From IMG/VR virus record IMGVR_UViG_3300027265_000001, positions 1-48,853 of that record: a stretch of DNA of 48,853 nt; one strand, written 5' to 3'. The DNA comes from a virus. Its lineage: Duplodnaviria; Caudoviricetes. Below, piece by piece: positions 28,017 through 37,033 of this stretch. Numbering within the stretch: position 1 is the first letter of the stretch; every line of letters starts with the position of its first letter. A program made the translations under genes and the position numbers. The notes under the pieces are model-generated. The model did no database searches. It had not been told where the DNA came from and saw only the letters and a program-made list of their open reading frames with translations.

Positions 28017-29729
28017 TCAGATTATCCTCTCCGTTATTTTTCCGCTTGGTAAATCATACTTCAAGTCAAAGTCACCGTAACCGGGACCGTTCCTGTCTTT
28101 GTGTATTCGGACTACCATCTCGCTCTGTTTGCGGGCGTAGTCCATCCGGTCCATCTCATCAATTTTGTCAGCCTCGTCTATCGGTGTCAGGTTCCTCCAA
28201 AGCATCAGCACTTGGTCAGCATCCTGTCCGAGAGAGCTTGAGTTCTTCAAATCATTGATGGTAGGGATTCGGTTCTCTTTGTCTTTTCTGGCCGTATGGG
28301 AGATCACCATGATTGGGACTCCCAGTTTGACCGCTAATTGTTTGATCTGCATTATCAGGATAGATATTTCACTAGTCTGATTCTGCGCGCTCCTCGCAAA
28401 GAAGTGGATGTGGTCTAGGAAGATTGCCTGAATACCGTAATATTTCTTAGCGGCAATCGATACCTCGCGGACCACTGACATCGTTGTCTCTTTATCTCCT
28501 GCGAAGTAGAAGTAGAGCGGTAGCTGCTCATATAGCTCAGTCATATCAGCGACATCTTGTCGTGTGAAGGAGCCGAATGGCTTGCCCTCTATGATCGAGC
28601 TCATGCGCTTCACGGTCTCCCGAGGTTGATTCTCCAGAGAGAACACCAGCACTGGGATATTCCGCTTAGCCATATCTGAGGCTATATTATTGGCAAAGGT
28701 AGATTTCCCTACCCTTGTCTCCGCTCCTACCACTAATACTTGCCCCGGACCCATGCCCGAGAACTGCTCATCTAGTTTTGGGTAACCGAGAGCGAGGCCC
28801 TTGCCGTTGTCATCATGATCTATCTGACCCATCAGCTCTGAAAAGGAGTAGACCATCTCTGGCTTTACCTTGTCAGCACTGCCGATGAGCTCAGCTAGCT
28901 CTTCACGAGTATGACCAGAGGTCATGAACTCGTTCATATCCTTTACTGGTAGCACCACGTTGACGCAACGCTCGAACCCGAGTCTCTCGATAATTTTCTT
29001 AGCACCTTTCTGGCCCGCCTCGTCTGAATCGTAAACTACTACGACCCTATCAGCAGCGTCCAGTTGCTCCATTTCTGTCTTCACTAGTCCTTGTGCCCCT
29101 GTGACCCCAGAAACGGCTACAAAGCCCATCTGTGTGGCTGCTATGGCATCAAACTCACCCTCCACTAGCATGATTGGCTTGCCCGCTGTCACTGCGTCAC
29201 CATTGAATAGGTAACTTGGGCAGTCCTTCTCACGCATGTAGAACTTGTCTGCGGGAGGCATGGTTCGGTATTTGATGTTGACGAGCTTCTCGTCTTTGAT
29301 AATCGGCAGGGCAATCTTCCCATCTCCAGTAACTCCGAGGTAGAACTTCTCTATTGTCTCAGGAGTAAACCCTCTCTCTAGTAGATAATCCATGGCCTTT
29401 TTATTTTTCGCCAGATTCTCATGGTAAGCTACCATGTGCTCTGGCTTTGGATAGACTACCGGCTTGGCTTTGGTGGTGGTAGTGGCCTTCTGAATATGGG
29501 ATAAGATATTTCCGCCGAATTGTTTTCTGAGGTGCCATAGGTTGCCGGTTGCTCCGCAGACCTTACAATCCCATAGTCCCTGCTCTTGCTTGATGTAGAA
29601 ATGCCATTTATCCTTGCCGCACATTGGGCATACTCGCACTACAAACTGGCCTCCAGATGTAGTCTTGTATTCCCAACCCTGACCTTGGATAAAAGCTTCG
29701 ACATCATACACATTAGGGTCTTCGAACAT
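28017..29729 (-). CDS. T7 gp4/Twinkle-type primase-helicase (start MFEDP)
   Basis: Zinc finger CPMC..CKVC; TOPRIM EGEFD and DSDEAG; DnaB-like GAETRVGKST, FLDHIH, SSSLGQDAD, KDRNG. Confidence 0.93.
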   Translation of the reverse strand: MFEDPNVYDVEAFIQGQGWEYKTTSGGQFVVRVCPMCGKDKWHFYIKQEQGLWDCKVCGATGNLWHLRKQFGGNILSHIQKATTTTKAKPVVYPKPEHMVAYHENLAKNKKAMDYLLERGFTPETIEKFYLGVTGDGKIALPIIKDEKLVNIKYRTMPPADKFYMREKDCPSYLFNGDAVTAGKPIMLVEGEFDAIAATQMGFVAVSGVTGAQGLVKTEMEQLDAADRVVVVYDSDEAGQKGAKKIIERLGFERCVNVVLPVKDMNEFMTSGHTREELAELIGSADKVKPEMVYSFSELMGQIDHDDNGKGLALGYPKLDEQFSGMGPGQVLVVGAETRVGKSTFANNIASDMAKRNIPVLVFSLENQPRETVKRMSSIIEGKPFGSFTRQDVADMTELYEQLPLYFYFAGDKETTMSVVREVSIAAKKYYGIQAIFLDHIHFFARSAQNQTSEISILIMQIKQLAVKLGVPIMVISHTARKDKENRIPTINDLKNSSSLGQDADQVLMLWRNLTPIDEADKIDEMDRMDYARKQSEMVVRIHKDRNGPGYGDFDLKYDLPSGKITERII

Positions 29730-29749
29730 CAGCTCCCCTCTTCCCCTTA

Positions 29750-29908
29750 TTATATTACTTCTACGATCTCTTCGACCTTTAGGATCGTAACGTTGTCGCA
29801 CTCGTGCTGCTCGTTTTCAACGAATCGGGCTATTGCCTCTTCCCGGTCTTTGCCGGTCACAGTCATGCTTTTTTCACCTCTGAAGGTGATTTGAAATAGC
29901 TTTCTCAT
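29750..29908 (-). CDS. Small hypothetical protein (52 aa, MRKLFQITFRG...)
   Basis: Fills the gap between neighbouring genes; below the track cutoff. Confidence 0.55.
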   Translation of the reverse strand: MRKLFQITFRGEKSMTVTGKDREEAIARFVENEQHECDNVTILKVEEIVEVI

Positions 29909-29910
29909 GG

Positions 29911-30207
29911 CTACTCACTTTCCTCTATCGCCTCTACGATAGACATCTGCCCCGGCAGAACATCTTTACGTTCTACAAGTATAGGACGAGAATCTGCATC
30001 AATCAAGTTTCCCCGAGCGATACGCAAATTGTCTAGGACAATCTGTGTCTGCATGAATCCGCGCCAGTTCTCGTAGTTGCGAAACCCTGAGTCGACCCAA
30101 GTGGTGAAACTCTTACCAGTGTCAACGTCCTTGAACATCAACTGGTAGACCGTTCCACCCGTTTTCTTACTGGGGTTCGCTTGGACTTTCAGTAGTATGG
30201 CTCTCAT
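29911..30207 (-). CDS. Hypothetical protein, possible OB-fold
   Basis: AAGGAGGAG RBS. Confidence 0.7.
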   Translation of the reverse strand: MRAILLKVQANPSKKTGGTVYQLMFKDVDTGKSFTTWVDSGFRNYENWRGFMQTQIVLDNLRIARGNLIDADSRPILVERKDVLPGQMSIVEAIEESE

Positions 30208-30229
30208 ACTCCTCCTTCCTTAATATTTT

Positions 30230-30304
30230 TGGCGGTCCCTAGCAGAATCAAACTGCTGCTTCCACAGTGACAGTGTGGTGTCATACTCACTAGACCAAGG
30301 GACC
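30230..30304 (-). tRNA. tRNA-Asp(GUC)
   Basis: GGTCCCT/AGGGACC, loop CT-GTC-AC, G73, CCA; T-loop TTTGATT. Confidence 0.85.
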
Positions 30305-30305
30305 T

Positions 30306-30389
30306 TGGTGACAGAGGTAGGAATCGAACCTACACAGCAATTGCGACTGGTTTACAGCCAGCGAGACTCACCACCTGTCTAACTCTGCC
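30306..30389 (-). tRNA. tRNA-Tyr(GUA)
   Basis: GGCAGAG/CTCTGTC, loop CT-GTA-AA, long variable arm, A73, CCA. Confidence 0.9.
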
Positions 30390-30630
30390 ATTTTCTTGTT
30401 GACAACCCATCATCCTATTGTGTTAACATTTCTTGCAGGGGTGGGGATGATCGAGCTAACTCAGTCTAAGCATATCATCTCCCTTACTTCACCAATTTCG
30501 GCTTGGTTAAGCTATTTGGGGGGGGGTAAGGGGGGGAATCCTGATACTACTAGTCAAGCATAAACAATTTAATCATTTTGTAATAAGGGAAGCTCTGGAA
30601 ACTTATCCACAGCCTCCCTTATTTATTCAA
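30390..30630. other. Candidate replication origin
   Basis: Non-coding gap among replication genes; + strand promoter (TTGACA 30399), G9-TAA-G7 tract, AT-rich stretch, DnaA box TTATCCACA 30603-30611 in a hairpin. Confidence 0.5.
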
Positions 30631-31473
30631 TTAGCTAGCGAATGGAATCTTACCAGATTTCACTTGCTCTTCCTGAGTCTCTACCTTTGGAGTCGTGGCT
30701 AGGAAGTCAGCTGGCATCTCTTTGTCGTCTACAATAGTTCCACCTAGAGCTTCAGCTACTTCTTCGGCTGTAACACCTGCGGCTAGGTCCTCAGCGGAAT
30801 CCTGCCCCGGAAGAAGGTTGTTGAAGTTCTGAGAATGTTGAACATATTCAGCGGCTAAGTCAGCTACTAGAGCTTCGTTGGCTTCTTTCAGATCGACACC
30901 AGTTTCGATAATCCAGTCACGCCATTTTACGGCGCCATTCTTCTGGACTTCACCCAGTTTGATCTTGTAAGAAAGTTCGAACAACGCTCGTCCAGTGTCA
31001 TAGTGACGCTGTAGAATCGTTCTAGCTTCTTTCAGAGCCTTACCACGGAAGCGGACGATGAATGGTTGTGTTCGTCCAGAGTCTAGGAATCCAGCGAATG
31101 CTAGAGTTAGACCGCACTTAGGTGGTGTGCCTTTACCAGTGCTAGGATCTTTTGGACCCCAGTCAGCGTTAGCACATTTGAAGCAGTCTCCGTAGACATC
31201 GCCTACAAGGGCATCTTCATTCAGTGATTTGTTGGTAGAACGGCAGTCAGGCTTTGAGCCTTCCCCGAATCCACCAGTGAACAATGCGCGCTCATACCAA
31301 GCGTTCGTGAAGATTACGTCCCACTCTTCCTTGCGTTCGCCGTTCTGAGTGTATTCGATCTCTCCGGTATCGTTGTCACGTTTGAGCTGCCCGATGGTAG
31401 CCTTAGGTGTGAAACCTTCTAGGCCCATTGGTGTGCCTTCTGGTGTGACATAGACTGATAATTCTTGAGTCAT
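30631..31473 (-). CDS. ssDNA-binding-like replication protein
   Basis: Beta-rich core with PDCRS..CFKC..W...PPKC zinc motif; acidic tail ending IPFAS. Confidence 0.6.
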   Translation of the reverse strand: MTQELSVYVTPEGTPMGLEGFTPKATIGQLKRDNDTGEIEYTQNGERKEEWDVIFTNAWYERALFTGGFGEGSKPDCRSTNKSLNEDALVGDVYGDCFKCANADWGPKDPSTGKGTPPKCGLTLAFAGFLDSGRTQPFIVRFRGKALKEARTILQRHYDTGRALFELSYKIKLGEVQKNGAVKWRDWIIETGVDLKEANEALVADLAAEYVQHSQNFNNLLPGQDSAEDLAAGVTAEEVAEALGGTIVDDKEMPADFLATTPKVETQEEQVKSGKIPFAS

Positions 31474-31487
31474 TTTGTCTCCTTAAT

Positions 31488-32735
31488 TTATTTTAACTTT
31501 GATTCAATTGTCAAAGGGCTACCCTCAGCAACCTGAGCATAAAACACTTGTCCGTCAATTTCGTTCATCTTCCCAGTGACCGATTCCTTGTGGTCAATGA
31601 AGAACATGTTCACCTGACCTTGGGTCAGTTTGTCGAGTAGTAGTGAAAATGCTAGGTCTATCTTCTTTTGTTCGCCAGTGGATAATCTCTTGTAGATTAC
31701 GCCGTTGACGTAGACTTCAAAGCACTCCTGCCATTCGAGTGTCGTCTTGATTTCCCGTAGTGTTTTTACCTCAATTCCGCTGTTCAGCTTCTGTAAATAT
31801 TTTACAATAGGTTGTAGCTTCATGTCAAGCTCTATTGCCGGTAATCCTTTTGGTGCGAACGCGTCTATAATGGCTTGAATATCCTTTAACTTATCAAGCT
31901 TCACAGACTGCTCAGCCTTCGCCTTCTCAGCTTTTTCAGCTATTTCCAGAGCAACTCCCTTCATCGCATTGAATTTGGCCTCAGCGATGTCCAGTTGGCT
32001 CTTCACAGATGCTGGCATTGGTAGCGGCCGCTTACACATCTCACAGTCAGCCGGCTTTGGCTCCGCGGCATACTGCTTGCGTAGCATGATGACCTGCTTG
32101 GCCTGAGCCTCGAGCTCTTCTCTGGTGTATGGTTTGGTAGCGACTACTGCTCCTAGCTGTGAGATCTCCATCTCCAAATTCCTCTTAATTCCCATGAAGC
32201 GGGCCCGTTCTTTGCCGTAGTCACTGAAAATGATGGTGTATTTTTCAGCAAGCTCCTTTGGATAATGCTTGAGGAATAGTGCCTCGTGGTCGACCTCAGG
32301 CGTGTTATTCAGAATCAGCTGTCTCTGGACTTTCTCTTCCAGTTTGAAGAAACTGCCAGAGTCAAAGATTGCTTGGAATAGGTTTACGTCCGGCAATACT
32401 GTTTCCAGATTTTTCTGGGTAGCATCGGACTGTAAATCGTCTTGGCTTCCGTCAATGAATAGGATACGAGTTTTGTTCACCGAGCGGATACGCTTGATAG
32501 TGAATGTCTCAAATTCGCACCATACTTCCATAATCTTCTCACCAGTCCTGATGAGGTCATCGAGCCCCTTGTTTGATCCGTTGGCGTCTAGGCCATAGAG
32601 ACAGAATAGAATTGCTTCTTTGACTGTCGTCTTCCCTGTGCCGTTCTCCCCTAGGAGGTAGTTGATTTTCCCAAAGTCCAGTTTAGAATCTTCGAACTTT
32701 CGGAAGTTTTTTAGCGTGATACTTTTTAATAGCAT
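31488..32735 (-). CDS. Rad50/SbcC-like ABC ATPase
   Basis: LKNFR, Walker A GENGTGKT, short coiled coil with central CEMC hook, signature LSTGE, Walker B FFID. Confidence 0.85.
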   Translation of the reverse strand: MLLKSITLKNFRKFEDSKLDFGKINYLLGENGTGKTTVKEAILFCLYGLDANGSNKGLDDLIRTGEKIMEVWCEFETFTIKRIRSVNKTRILFIDGSQDDLQSDATQKNLETVLPDVNLFQAIFDSGSFFKLEEKVQRQLILNNTPEVDHEALFLKHYPKELAEKYTIIFSDYGKERARFMGIKRNLEMEISQLGAVVATKPYTREELEAQAKQVIMLRKQYAAEPKPADCEMCKRPLPMPASVKSQLDIAEAKFNAMKGVALEIAEKAEKAKAEQSVKLDKLKDIQAIIDAFAPKGLPAIELDMKLQPIVKYLQKLNSGIEVKTLREIKTTLEWQECFEVYVNGVIYKRLSTGEQKKIDLAFSLLLDKLTQGQVNMFFIDHKESVTGKMNEIDGQVFYAQVAEGSPLTIESKLK

Positions 32736-32846
32736 ATTGCTCCTCTGTTATCATTGGCTTCCCGCAGAAAGCGCAACTTATTTTAATATTTCCTTGGCCA
32801 TCAGGCGTGCATTTGTAGCCTATGGCGTCACACTCACAATCTGGCT

Positions 32847-33227
32847 TCATTTGTCATACTTCTCCTTCAATTTGCGAAGCACGGGGAATCTCTCCTCGTA
32901 GCTTGGCAAGGTTTTCCTCAGACCGTATCTGACGATGTCGACCGCTCCCCAACCGTCTAAGTGTTTTTTGATCTTCACTAATCCCCATGCTGCGTTGGTC
33001 TCCCTAGTAATATACGCATATTGTAGCAAGGTTTTTTCGGGTATCTTTACCTTGCGGAAGGCTGTATCGTTTTCGTTAATGTATCTCACTCCGGCTTTCA
33101 CGGCTTCCTCAATCAAATCAGAAGCGGTCCGGTTTGTGTTAACGGTCATCAGGTATTGTAGTGCCCAGTAATCGTATAGCGAGAGCATGTAGTTTCGCCC
33201 TATCTTTGCTTTTTCTCTTGTAGCCAT
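32847..33227 (-). CDS. Possible tandem ribbon-helix-helix DNA-binding protein
   Basis: Two strand-helix-helix-like units (RTASDLIEEAV; AVDIVRYGL). Confidence 0.45.
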   Translation of the reverse strand: MATREKAKIGRNYMLSLYDYWALQYLMTVNTNRTASDLIEEAVKAGVRYINENDTAFRKVKIPEKTLLQYAYITRETNAAWGLVKIKKHLDGWGAVDIVRYGLRKTLPSYEERFPVLRKLKEKYDK

Positions 33228-33410
33228 CTAGTTTCTCCTCTTAAATACGCCATAGGTTACCTTGATTCTTCCGTCTCCGTTGTCATCGATCTGAACCCAG
33301 AGAGCCCCGCCTATGAATTTGTTACCGATATATAGGTCGATAGGGTAGCAGGTCCGTTTGCTCGGTTTCAGCTTCACTCCCTTGGTAGTGAAAAATTGTT
33401 CTACGTCCAT
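33228..33410 (-). CDS. Hypothetical early protein
   Basis: GAGGAGG RBS, coupled start. Confidence 0.6.
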   Translation of the reverse strand: MDVEQFFTTKGVKLKPSKRTCYPIDLYIGNKFIGGALWVQIDDNGDGRIKVTYGVFKRRN

Positions 33411-33664
33411 TATTCCTCCTCTGAGTAGATGTTCTTCGGGTCGATGTCATTCCACTCGCAAATGGGGACAAGGTCGATAACAAAGTAGGTATCCCGCATG
33501 TTCACCTCGACACTATCCTCATCGAATACACTTGTTTTCTCTCTCAGCAGGTCTTGGAACTCTTTCAGCTCGTAGTAGCTGAGAAATACTAGTAGTCGGT
33601 CTCCGTGCCAGTGAATTTCAGGGTCATTGTCCTTGATAAATTTGTATAGTTCTAATTCTGTCAT
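33410..33664 (-). CDS. Acidic hypothetical early protein
   Basis: GGGAGG RBS. Confidence 0.7.
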   Translation of the reverse strand: MTELELYKFIKDNDPEIHWHGDRLLVFLSYYELKEFQDLLREKTSVFDEDSVEVNMRDTYFVIDLVPICEWNDIDPKNIYSEEE

Positions 33665-33762
33665 GTTATCCTCCCAAAATCATGTTTAGACCAGTCCCTA
33701 GTGCCCACATGGTCACTAGGAATACGATAACCATTATAATGGTGGCTTTGAATATCTGCGCT

Positions 33763-33966
33763 CTACTCACTGACTTCCTCCTCTACGGTTTTAATTGTTA
33801 CATCGTTATCTATGAATTTGTAGTCCAGTTGCTCCGGTCCGATATTCCTGAGATGCTCCGCGAGCCCTTTGACCGCGTCATCTTTCGTGAGCCCAGAGTA
33901 GCGAGCAATGCCCGTCTCTTCATAGCGGAATTTGATCAAAAATGATTTGCCCATCTTTACGCTCAT
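33763..33966 (-). CDS. Hypothetical early protein
   Basis: AGGAG RBS. Confidence 0.6.
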   Translation of the reverse strand: MSVKMGKSFLIKFRYEETGIARYSGLTKDDAVKGLAEHLRNIGPEQLDYKFIDNDVTIKTVEEEVSE

Positions 33967-34125
33967 TCTTCGCTCCTAATCTCTTTCATAACATGGAGGA
34001 CTTCTTTCATGCTGTCAGCGTCATACTGCTCCCCGTCCTCATCGGTGAGCGTATATCGTGGGTTCACGCTAAGAACAAAGTTATACTTGTCTAGCGCGAT
34101 GTCGGTAAGCTTTTCAATATCCATT

Positions 34126-34374
34126 TTACTCATCTCCTTCTTCTTTTATTATTTGGAATCCGCTATCAATCCATTCTTCTTCGCCAATCCCCCACATCAT
34201 CGCGGTGAAGGTTAGAACGTCTTCACGTTTGCCTTCAATCTGCCAGTCGTGGTATGTCGGACGTAGCTCGCACCTTAATTTCTTGGCTAGTGCCTTCATC
34301 TCGTCCAGATTGTCAAAGCTGTCTTCATCGTTCAGGTCTCCCAGACCCGCAAGGATAATTGTGTTACTTTTCAT
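34126..34374 (-). CDS. Acidic hypothetical early protein (start near MKSNTIILAG)
   Basis: GGAG RBS inside the end of the upstream gene. Confidence 0.6.
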   Translation of the reverse strand: MKSNTIILAGLGDLNDEDSFDNLDEMKALAKKLRCELRPTYHDWQIEGKREDVLTFTAMMWGIGEEEWIDSGFQIIKEEGDE

Positions 34375-34780
34375 CATTACTCCAAAGCTCAAAGTTTTGA
34401 TATTCGTCATCGTCTCGAATAGTCTCATAATCTTCATATTCAAGACCAGTCCAGTATCTCTCATCGGTCTCGCCCGTCTCTTCGTCCACCTCTCCGCAGC
34501 TACCCTGACCATATTCATAGCTCATCAAGTTTAATCCCGCGGGAATACTCTCAAAGCGTAGCATATCCAGTGCTTCTTCGCGCGTTACCTTCTTGCCCCC
34601 GCCATTCGGTGTTAGTTCGACCTCGAACAAGGGCCCTTCACCTTCACAATCAAGACAGCGCACCTCTATGCCTGTCTGTCGGTTGGTTCCCCAGTCCCAA
34701 ACATCGTTAATTTCGATCCGATGCCCTACATGGGTATTTAGCTCATCGTAGCCCATGGAGTAAACTTGTGGCTCGCTCAT
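34364..34780 (-). CDS. Acidic hypothetical early protein with CxxC
   Basis: GGGGGAG RBS; H..H and CLDC. Confidence 0.7.
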   Translation of the reverse strand: MSEPQVYSMGYDELNTHVGHRIEINDVWDWGTNRQTGIEVRCLDCEGEGPLFEVELTPNGGGKKVTREEALDMLRFESIPAGLNLMSYEYGQGSCGEVDEETGETDERYWTGLEYEDYETIRDDDEYQNFELWSNDEK

Positions 34781-34917
34781 GACTTCTCCCCCTTTACTAC
34801 TTCAAATACTTGTGCTAAATCTAGGCTTTTGTCTAGCTTCTCAGCTAGCAGAATGTAAGCTTCCCCTTCACTGTTGGCGGTTACTTTTGCTTGAATAGTG
34901 TAGACAGTTTTCATGAT

Positions 34918-35214
34918 TTACCTCTTCTCTCTGAGATAAACAGCCACGTCTTCGCATGACTTCTCAATCTCAGCGTCATTATCTAGCCAAGTTGCGTTTT
35001 TGAGCAGTGTGAGCGTGCTGAAGGCTTTATCGTCCAGCTCACAATTTTGGTCTTCGTTGACTATGCCTTTCATGTCTTCTAGGTAGTTCGCCAGTAGCCT
35101 GACGTCTCGGAAAATGTGCTCTTTTGGTTTGTCTTCCTCTTCAAAGTGTTTTTGCTCATCGTGGTAGAGATAGTTGACCACCTCGGTGAGAGCTTTGTAT
35201 TGCTCTTGGTTCAT
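34918..35214 (-). CDS. Hypothetical early protein
   Basis: GGGAG RBS. Confidence 0.7.
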   Translation of the reverse strand: MNQEQYKALTEVVNYLYHDEQKHFEEEDKPKEHIFRDVRLLANYLEDMKGIVNEDQNCELDDKAFSTLTLLKNATWLDNDAEIEKSCEDVAVYLREKR

Positions 35215-35216
35215 GG

Positions 35217-35399
35217 TTATTCGCTCCCTTCAATTATGTTTTGAATCTGTCGAATAGCTTCACGCAGTCCCGAGGCGTAGCCCTCTTCCCAGTCAGCGTC
35301 ATCGAAGCGCTCTTCCTTGTTTGCCAATTCCCATAGCCTGTCCGCCTTCACGGCGCTCTTCTCGAGCCGTTTCAGTTCTTTGATGATGTTCTCTAACAT
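35217..35399 (-). CDS. Hypothetical early protein
   Basis: Helical; 'EEGYASGLREAI' pattern common in phage early genes. Confidence 0.6.
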   Translation of the reverse strand: MLENIIKELKRLEKSAVKADRLWELANKEERFDDADWEEGYASGLREAIRQIQNIIEGSE

Positions 35400-35511
35400 A
35401 TCCGTTCCAATCTCACGGCCATTGAGCCGTATTTAGTTTTTAATTCGTCCCAAGTCCCAAAGTCAAAGGCGGTCCAATATCGTCCCGCCTTGTGTAGTGT
35501 AATTCGCCACT

Positions 35512-35757
35512 TCATTTGAGGTCTTTGAGCTCAGAAGCATAAACACGTTTGAATCTCTTCACAGTCCCCATGCTTCCATTGCTCCCGCTGTCAATCTGTA
35601 AGTCTACGAAGTCCTCGCCACGCTCTTCATCGTAGCCAACCCATACACTCCCGCCGATATTCCAACCCCGAGCAGTCGCGTCCATTCCGCTTGATTTAGA
35701 GCCGAGACGTGAAGCCTCTCCCCTGTTACCTTTAACGTAGCCGATAAAATGTGCCAT
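35512..35757 (-). CDS. Conserved hypothetical early protein (MAHFIGYVKGNRGEASRLG)
   Basis: AAGGA RBS; second gene of the early operon. Confidence 0.7.
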   Translation of the reverse strand: MAHFIGYVKGNRGEASRLGSKSSGMDATARGWNIGGSVWVGYDEERGEDFVDLQIDSGSNGSMGTVKRFKRVYASELKDLK

Positions 35758-35759
35758 GA

Positions 35760-35900
35760 CTAGAATCCTTTCGCTGTTAAAACGAGGTTAATAAACCAGA
35801 TATAGGCTACAAAGACCACTAGACAGATTGCCCATGTCTTTACAGCCTCCCAGAGACGCCCACGCTGTCGTGGATGGAAGATAGAAGCTTCTTGCTTCAT
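35760..35900 (-). CDS. 46-aa single-TM protein, first early gene
   Basis: AAGGGGG RBS; MKQEASIF...WAICLVVFVAYIWFINLVL. Confidence 0.6.
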   Translation of the reverse strand: MKQEASIFHPRQRGRLWEAVKTWAICLVVFVAYIWFINLVLTAKGF

Positions 35901-36069
35901 GTATACCCCCTTTGTTTATTTATAAGCCCAGAGAGCCCTGTATAGCTCTCCGTGTCTGTAAACAAACCCGCGCCGTTCCATACTATATTACGCAATAAAG
36001 GCGTTTCCTCTATCGGCTCACTCTAATGGTATTCGTGGAGCCCTTCGCGCTCGTAGCTACTCGTGCGGT

Positions 36070-36086
36070 TATTCAGTTATCAAGGT
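36070..36086 (-). promoter_or_regulatory. boxA-like antitermination element ACCTTGATAACTGAATA
   Basis: Resembles the rrn-leader boxA ((T/C)TTGAAAACTGAA type); about 90 nt after the early promoter. Confidence 0.55.
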
Positions 36087-36180
36087 AGTTTGCTCTCTTC
36101 TGCTGTCTGCTCGGGGCACTTGCTCTATCTAGTAGAGCGGTGGCGTCTTGCCGTGTCCGTTGTGCTTTTAGCTTAATGAC

Positions 36181-36209
36181 ATAATACATCAAAACATCAA
36201 CTAAGTCAA
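36181..36209 (-). promoter_or_regulatory. Major early promoter TTGACT-N17-TATTAT
   Basis: Near-consensus sigma70 elements heading the - strand arm. Confidence 0.75.
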
Positions 36210-36652
36210 TAAGAACATGAAACGGGCTTTTGTTTTTAGAAGGCTTTGAGCAGTATATAGGCTAGAATGTATATATAGTATAGAAGAGAGAGCAGAGCCA
36301 GATTGTTTGTCTGTCTGATGAGTGATGACAATAACGAGATGCGCCCATAGTAGACAATCAAGGGGCATATAGTCGTGTCTGATAATGTATATTGTGCGAC
36401 ACTGTATAGCGTTATGCCTACACATAGCCAAAAGAATACTATAAGAATGATATAATAGTAGTAGAATGTAGAAGAATGACGCATTTGCGACCCTAGACGC
36501 CCCCACCCCACCCGAGGGGAGACAACGAGCCCACCCCCCTGCTGGGTAGTATACCTTGTCTATATAATTTCCTCAGCGAATTTGACTTTCTTATATATAT
36601 AGCATATAGTATATGTATATAGAGTATATAATATAGAAGAAAGGGGTAGTCT

Positions 36653-37024
36653 ATGAAGATACCAGTAGGATCTAAAATTAAGTTCATGGGTGAGAAGCAG
36701 CGCTACACTGTTCAGGCGAGTAATGTGGCGTTCCTTATCTGCACGAAGCCATTCAACCCGAGGAAGACAGTTCTATATTGCATTGTGGACCTCATAGAGG
36801 GCGTCAGGGGGCCGGAAGACCTTATCTTTGGTATGGGGGCCGAGACGAAGGAAGAATGCGAGGAAATGCTTGTTAGGGTTACTGAGGGTGAATCAGAAGT
36901 CTCCCACCGTCACCGAGCTCCTCTGCATGTTGAGGCTGTTTATGTCGAAGGTCATGGCCCCGTTCGGTTCCCAAGTATCATGCCATACTCAAAGGAATCG
37001 GATGCTCCCATTATGGCAGAATAA
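36653..37024 (+). CDS. Hypothetical protein
   Basis: AAGGGG RBS; upstream TATAAT. Confidence 0.7.
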   Translation: MKIPVGSKIKFMGEKQRYTVQASNVAFLICTKPFNPRKTVLYCIVDLIEGVRGPEDLIFGMGAETKEECEEMLVRVTEGESEVSHRHRAPLHVEAVYVEGHGPVRFPSIMPYSKESDAPIMAE

Positions 37025-37033
37025 GTTTTCTGA

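Noticed and set aside
27870-28019. TGA readthrough extending the primase-helicase
   Set aside because: The frame stays open past the stop, but the helicase domain is already complete and the downstream segment has its own ATG; there is no supporting signal
36201-36687. Three - strand ORFs from the track
   Set aside because: Low-complexity Tyr/Ile-rich translations of TA-rich DNA, with no RBS
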